A stretch of DNA of 35,029 nucleotides. It comes from Barthelona sp. PAP020. Taxonomy: Eukaryota. Both the position numbers and the translations under genes were made by a program. The stretch's first letter is position 1; each line of letters opens with the position of its first letter. The stretch spans positions 1-35,029 of the forward strand of contig JARQWU010000092.1 of NCBI GenBank assembly GCA_040182905.1. The letters run 5' to 3'. This document shows, piece by piece, positions 30,823-35,029 of the stretch. The notes under the pieces were generated by a model that did no database searches, was not told where the DNA came from, and saw only the letters and a program-made list of their open reading frames with translations.

Positions 30823-30938
30823 AATATGTAAATTCATTTATATTTGTTTTATTTTAATGTGATCAATTCACAAAGAAATCAGTGAACAAAAATTGCTTTT
30901 GAAAATAACATGAAAAATACCAATTTTCGCTTTTGACT

Positions 30939-31883
30939 ATGACACACACAGTATCAATTGGTGATATAATTGATTATCAATATCCTGATTGTGAAGATGA
31001 AAAAAATTTGATAGAAAAATGGAAAAACGTTTTTATCAATCCAAAAAAATATGATTCAACGTATTTACGAAGACTAATTTTAAATGGAATACCAAATTTA
31101 TATCGAGGAGAATATTATTATCATTTTGGAGGAGGAAAAGGTTTAAAACGAAATCAATCTGATTTATTTCACAAATGTATTGGAATGATATCTCATAATT
31201 ATGAAGAAATTATTGATTTGGATGTAAATCGGACTTTTCCTGAGCAATTAATTTTTTCTTCTGATTTTACTTCTGATTTCGCAAAACAATCATTGAAACA
31301 AATATTATCCGCTTATTCAAATATAAACACGTCCATGGGTTATACTCAAGGAATGAATGTAATTGCCAGTTTGTTGTTATTTTTTTTGCCGGTTGAAAAA
31401 TGTTTTTTTACTTTTACTGCTCTAATTGAGCGTATTTTTAGAGATTTATTTCATGAATCAATGGAACAAATTCAATTGAATTCAAGAATTATTCAAGAAT
31501 TAATCCAAAATAAATGTAGCATGAAAGTTCAAAGAATTATGAAAAATTTGAATGTTCCATTTGTATTTATTATCATTCGTTGGTTTTTATCTGCTTTTAC
31601 GTATTCAATACCTTTCAGTTATTGTGTTAGACTAGTTGATTTAATAGTTCTTGATGGATTTGTAGTGTTTTTTAAAGCTTCTATTGTGTTAATTAATACA
31701 TTGAATGATTGTTCAGATTCTATAAATGCTGTTTGTTGGTTGCAAAATGTTCCTGTTCAAAAATTTTTTAACAGTCAAAAATTTTTGAAACTTGTGAATG
31801 ACACGAATATTACGATACAAGATTTGGTAAATATACAAAAAAAGCTTGAAATTTCAGAATTACACAAGTTTGATTCTTTATAA
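30939..31883 (+). CDS. TBC-domain Rab GTPase-activating protein
   Basis: GIPNLYRG, IDLDVNRTFP (Arg finger), GYTQGMN (Gln finger) and RWFLSAF. Confidence 0.93.
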   Translation: MTHTVSIGDIIDYQYPDCEDEKNLIEKWKNVFINPKKYDSTYLRRLILNGIPNLYRGEYYYHFGGGKGLKRNQSDLFHKCIGMISHNYEEIIDLDVNRTFPEQLIFSSDFTSDFAKQSLKQILSAYSNINTSMGYTQGMNVIASLLLFFLPVEKCFFTFTALIERIFRDLFHESMEQIQLNSRIIQELIQNKCSMKVQRIMKNLNVPFVFIIIRWFLSAFTYSIPFSYCVRLVDLIVLDGFVVFFKASIVLINTLNDCSDSINAVCWLQNVPVQKFFNSQKFLKLVNDTNITIQDLVNIQKKLEISELHKFDSL

Positions 31884-32154
31884 ATGGTTTTTCTCTTTTT
31901 TATTAGTTTTCGAATGTAGATTGTGTTCAATTATCAAGATAGAAGATCGAATGATTGTTTAACTTGTAAGATAAAACCATAAAAAAACAAAGAGGCGTTG
32001 TGTTTAATAAACAATCACACTATTTACGTATTTTTTTCTGATAACTTTGATAATAACTAAGAGTGTAAGAAAAAAGTGAAATAAATTTAAAGAACAAACT
32101 ATTTTCAAAAAATAACAAATAATATGTCAAAAATAATCAAAAAGGAAAACAAAT

Positions 32155-33384
32155 TTAAGAATGAGAATCAAAAGATGCAAATTGATTCTTCTGTTTGAAC
32201 TCTTTTTTAAAATTTTTTAATTCAACAACATCTGGGCTTTCAACATTTTCTAAAACGTCAGGAACAAAGTTGTAATGTCCAATTATGTAATTCAACTCTA
32301 TTTTATCCTTTTCTGTCAAAGAAAACCATTTTAGGAACCAAAAAATAAATTGTCCATATACTTTCCTTTTTAAATTATTTGAAATATTTCTATTTTTGAT
32401 GTTCAACCCAATATTCTGAAGCACCCATTGATTTTTCGAATATTTTTCATTTGTTAAATAATATGTGACCAAATCGTTGATGTTATGGATATCCGTTGGA
32501 ATAGATAACGAAGAAATAGTTAATTCAGCAAAGTCTAAATTTCCATACAATTCAAACATTTCAAACAAATTTTCAAACATTTTTTCCAACGCAAAAGGTC
32601 TGACATCGTCTAACGTAATTTTATGATGGAAACTAAACAAGTGTTCTGCAAATGTTGGGTCAACTTTATCAATATTATTATGCTCACAATATTTAACGTA
32701 GGCGTTCCAAATCTTGTCTTTTGAAGTGTTTGAGAAATCAAAAAATTCAATACTTTCCACATGCTTGAAAAATTCGGAAATGAAATCATAGGCAAAAAAT
32801 AAATGTTGTGCATTGGAAAATAAAGACAACACACAACACTGTTCAGCAGTTACGTTGTAATTTTCTAAAAAGTTTCTTTGAAAGGTAATATTCCAATCAT
32901 CAATTTTACAACTGTCTTCACTAGATATGATTGAGTTACAATTTAATAACAATAAATGGGTGTTGGAAAGAATATTATACTCAAAATTAATGGTCCAACA
33001 AAATTCAATCTTTGATAAATTAGTAAAAAGACATTTCATTTTATTCTTTTCTAAATATATCAACAGGTTGATTAGATTAGGTAAACAAAAGTTATTATTT
33101 TTCGTTAAATAATGTCTATTTTCAATCAATTGTAAAATAATGGAATATTCGATTAAAATTATTAACAAATCATTAAATTTTATTCTTAATTCATTAATAA
33201 CCTTTTCCATTAATTCAATAAACGTTTTTGTATCTTCACTAGAATATAAACACATCTTTAAAATTTCTTCAAGCGGTATAATGAAATGTTTGTTGAATAT
33301 CTCTTCTTCAAGATATTTCTCTTCAATTTCAACAATTCCATAATTATCTAGATCTTGAAATGAAATATATTGTAATTTTTGCAT
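32155..33384 (-). CDS. Hypothetical protein, about 409 aa
   Basis: 1.2-kb ORF with first ATG at 33384; no recognised domain. Confidence 0.65.
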   Translation of the reverse strand: MQKLQYISFQDLDNYGIVEIEEKYLEEEIFNKHFIIPLEEILKMCLYSSEDTKTFIELMEKVINELRIKFNDLLIILIEYSIILQLIENRHYLTKNNNFCLPNLINLLIYLEKNKMKCLFTNLSKIEFCWTINFEYNILSNTHLLLLNCNSIISSEDSCKIDDWNITFQRNFLENYNVTAEQCCVLSLFSNAQHLFFAYDFISEFFKHVESIEFFDFSNTSKDKIWNAYVKYCEHNNIDKVDPTFAEHLFSFHHKITLDDVRPFALEKMFENLFEMFELYGNLDFAELTISSLSIPTDIHNINDLVTYYLTNEKYSKNQWVLQNIGLNIKNRNISNNLKRKVYGQFIFWFLKWFSLTEKDKIELNYIIGHYNFVPDVLENVESPDVVELKNFKKEFKQKNQFASFDSHS

Positions 33385-33561
33385 GATAAAGAAATTTCTA
33401 AATATCAATTATTTTTTACTTTTCGATTCGATCAATATTTCGAATCGAATTCTGAAGAAAATTTGTTTTATTTGCATTCTTTATACTCATAAAAGTATTT
33501 ATTAAAATTGTAAATCACAAAATCTTATTGTATATTTCCCTTTTTTTTTTACCAAAAAATC

Positions 33562-34146
33562 ATGGAAAGTCTGTTTGGTTTCGTTGGAAAGGATTTTGTT
33601 GTGATTGTAGCAACTACTGGACGTGCAAGAAGCATAATTGAAATGAAATCTGATGATGATAAGATTTATATAATAGACGAAAACAAATTAATGGGTATTG
33701 TTGATGATGGTAGTGGTGATGGCAGAATGTTTGCTGAATATATTCAAAAGAATTGTCATTATTATTCAATGGTAAATGGCGTATGTTATGATACTCATGC
33801 CACCTCGAATTTCATTCGTTCTACTCTTGCTGAGCACTTAAGAACCAGTCCTTATAACGTTTTTACTTTGGTTGGTGGTATAGATGATAAAAAACCCAAA
33901 TTGTATTTTGTAGATTATCTTGGTGCTCTCATGGAATTGAATAATGGTTGTCATGGTTATGCCTCCAACTTTTTAGGATCCACTTTTGATGCAAATTGGA
34001 AACCTGACATGACACGCGATGAGGCAATGGAATTAATTAACAAATTGATTGAACAATATCAAAGAAGGTGCGTAGTTAAGTCTCCTGGGTTTATGGTCAA
34101 ATTTATTTCTGAAGAAGGTATCACCTGTGAAACAATAAAAAAATAA
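33562..34146 (+). CDS. PSMB2: 20S proteasome subunit beta type-2 (beta4/Pre1)
   Basis: MESLFGFVGKDFVVI, SIIEMKSDDDKI, FAEYIQKN, LAEHLRTSPYNV, LYFVDYLG and HGYASNF. Confidence 0.95.
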   Translation: MESLFGFVGKDFVVIVATTGRARSIIEMKSDDDKIYIIDENKLMGIVDDGSGDGRMFAEYIQKNCHYYSMVNGVCYDTHATSNFIRSTLAEHLRTSPYNVFTLVGGIDDKKPKLYFVDYLGALMELNNGCHGYASNFLGSTFDANWKPDMTRDEAMELINKLIEQYQRRCVVKSPGFMVKFISEEGITCETIKK

Positions 34147-34453
34147 GTGGTTGTTTTTGTTTTTTTTTTTGATTTATTGGGGAATTTAACAGTTTAGTAA
34201 TCATTGAATCCTAAAAATTCTTGTGTTCAATTTAAAGAAATGTTTAAAGAAATATTTAAAATCTACATATCATTTGGCAATTTTTTGAACACAAATATGA
34301 ATGATATTGAAGAATTGCAAAGTTAAAAAAAAAAAAAGAATTTCCGTGAAAAAGGATGATTTGTTGAGAAAATTCTCACCCCAAATCACAACTGATTCAT
34401 TTTTGCATTTTTTTACTTTTACAATACCAGGATTTGATACTTACCCAAATAAA

Positions 34454-34693
34454 ATGGGACCATCTGCTTCTTCTGGGTCTGAAAGAGGAAGATATTTCAC
34501 TCATAATGATGAGTCAGAAGGATATACTTTTCGTTCTGTTAAACAAATATATTATTCTCAAATTACTACCAATGGGTTACCTCAAGGACAAGGAATACCT
34601 TTAACACAAATGTGCCGATTTTTGAGAGAACATTGGTCACAAAATGACGAAGGATTAAGAACAGATTATGAGCCTTGGTCAGATATGGATTGA
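34454..34693 (+). CDS. Small hypothetical protein (79 aa from ATG 34454; the frame is open further upstream)
   Basis: Locally higher GC and protein-like composition. The start is uncertain, and this is the only TGA-terminated candidate in the window. Confidence 0.4.
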   Translation: MGPSASSGSERGRYFTHNDESEGYTFRSVKQIYYSQITTNGLPQGQGIPLTQMCRFLREHWSQNDEGLRTDYEPWSDMD

Positions 34694-34930
34694 TTTTTTT
34701 GTTGAATCTGATTTTTATTTGTATTTTTTGTTGAATCTGCTTTTAATTTTTTTTTTTTAATGATTTTATTTTTTGCAGCCGAAGTTATTGATTGTATTAG
34801 TTTGTATTTTTGCATTTATTTTATAAAAATCTGATTTTTTGTTATTTTTTTTGATTTTTAGAAATTTGTTTGAAGGAAAACTCCTTCCCAGATTTTCATT
34901 TTCTCATTTTTTTTTTCAACCAATAATTTA

Positions 34931-35029
34931 ATGGAAGATTTTCAGTTGTACACATTCCTTGGTCTCGGGGGGTTTATTGTGTTTATCTTTTTGATTAATA
35001 TTTGTCGTGCGATGATTGTTGTTGAACAG
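34931..35029 (+). CDS. 5' start of a membrane protein, possibly SPFH/stomatin-like (truncated by window end)
   Basis: MEDFQLYTFLGLGGFIVFIFLINICRAMIVVEQ: a TM helix followed by IVVEQ, like the first strand of band-7 domains. The frame is open to the window end. Confidence 0.5.
   Translation, partial: MEDFQLYTFLGLGGFIVFIFLINICRAMIVVEQ

Noticed and set aside
3890..31883. Co-occurrence of trafficking genes (Rab, Sar1, syntaxin, TBC) and ubiquitin-system genes (Ubl, RING E3, PSMB2) as a functional cluster
   Set aside because: They are scattered among unrelated housekeeping genes on both strands, as expected by chance in a compact genome.
11..33343. Numerous 60-120 aa ORF-track entries overlapping larger genes (e.g. 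820-1008, 8374-8622, 21802-22143, 25782-26144, 28283-28612)
   Set aside because: They are antisense or off-frame shadows of real genes or pseudogenes, mostly with non-ATG starts and no motifs.
34695..34740. Direct repeat TTTTTTGTTGAATCTG x2 (and TTGTGAAACAA x2 near 28172-28202) as CRISPR-like
   Set aside because: Only two short copies, with no spacer array and no cas genes; these are simple local duplications.
1..35029. Alternative genetic code (TAR=Gln or TGA=Trp), inteins, transposases
   Set aside because: Conserved genes end in TAA/TAG at expected positions and are full length without internal stops or insertions. No transposase, RT or intein motifs were seen.

Overview
This is a gene-dense, very AT-rich stretch of a eukaryotic (protist) nuclear genome using the standard genetic code. 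The organism is probably flagellated, because it has an axonemal dynein p28 gene, and its proteins are strongly divergent. I cannot fix the lineage from this window; short, 5'-biased introns with the branch point close to the AG are reminiscent of metamonads. About 27 protein genes lie here, mostly 50-250 nt apart: a calmodulin-like 3' end, Rab32/38-like, a P-loop dNK/TMPK-like kinase, a NEDD8/ubiquitin-like modifier, Sar1-like, SerRS, uS3, a MYST HAT, OGT, a Treslin/Sld3-like candidate, an RNF123-like E3, PheRS-beta, a PP2A/4/6-type phosphatase, a START protein, a tail-anchored CBM20 protein, dynein p28, eL21, syntaxin-18-like, a TBC RabGAP, proteasome beta-4 and several orphans. I reconstructed six 35-43 nt spliceosomal introns by hand; they repair five gene models and reveal one gene missing from the ORF track. 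There is no CRISPR array, rRNA, tRNA or intact transposon, and no clear multi-gene 'system'. The best leads are a candidate TGTAAA poly(A) signal, 5' splice sites lacking +5G, a divergent Treslin-like protein, the Ubl and Sar1 variants, a near-perfect 31-bp hairpin, and three decayed copies of one gene family that share a stop or intron-like site.
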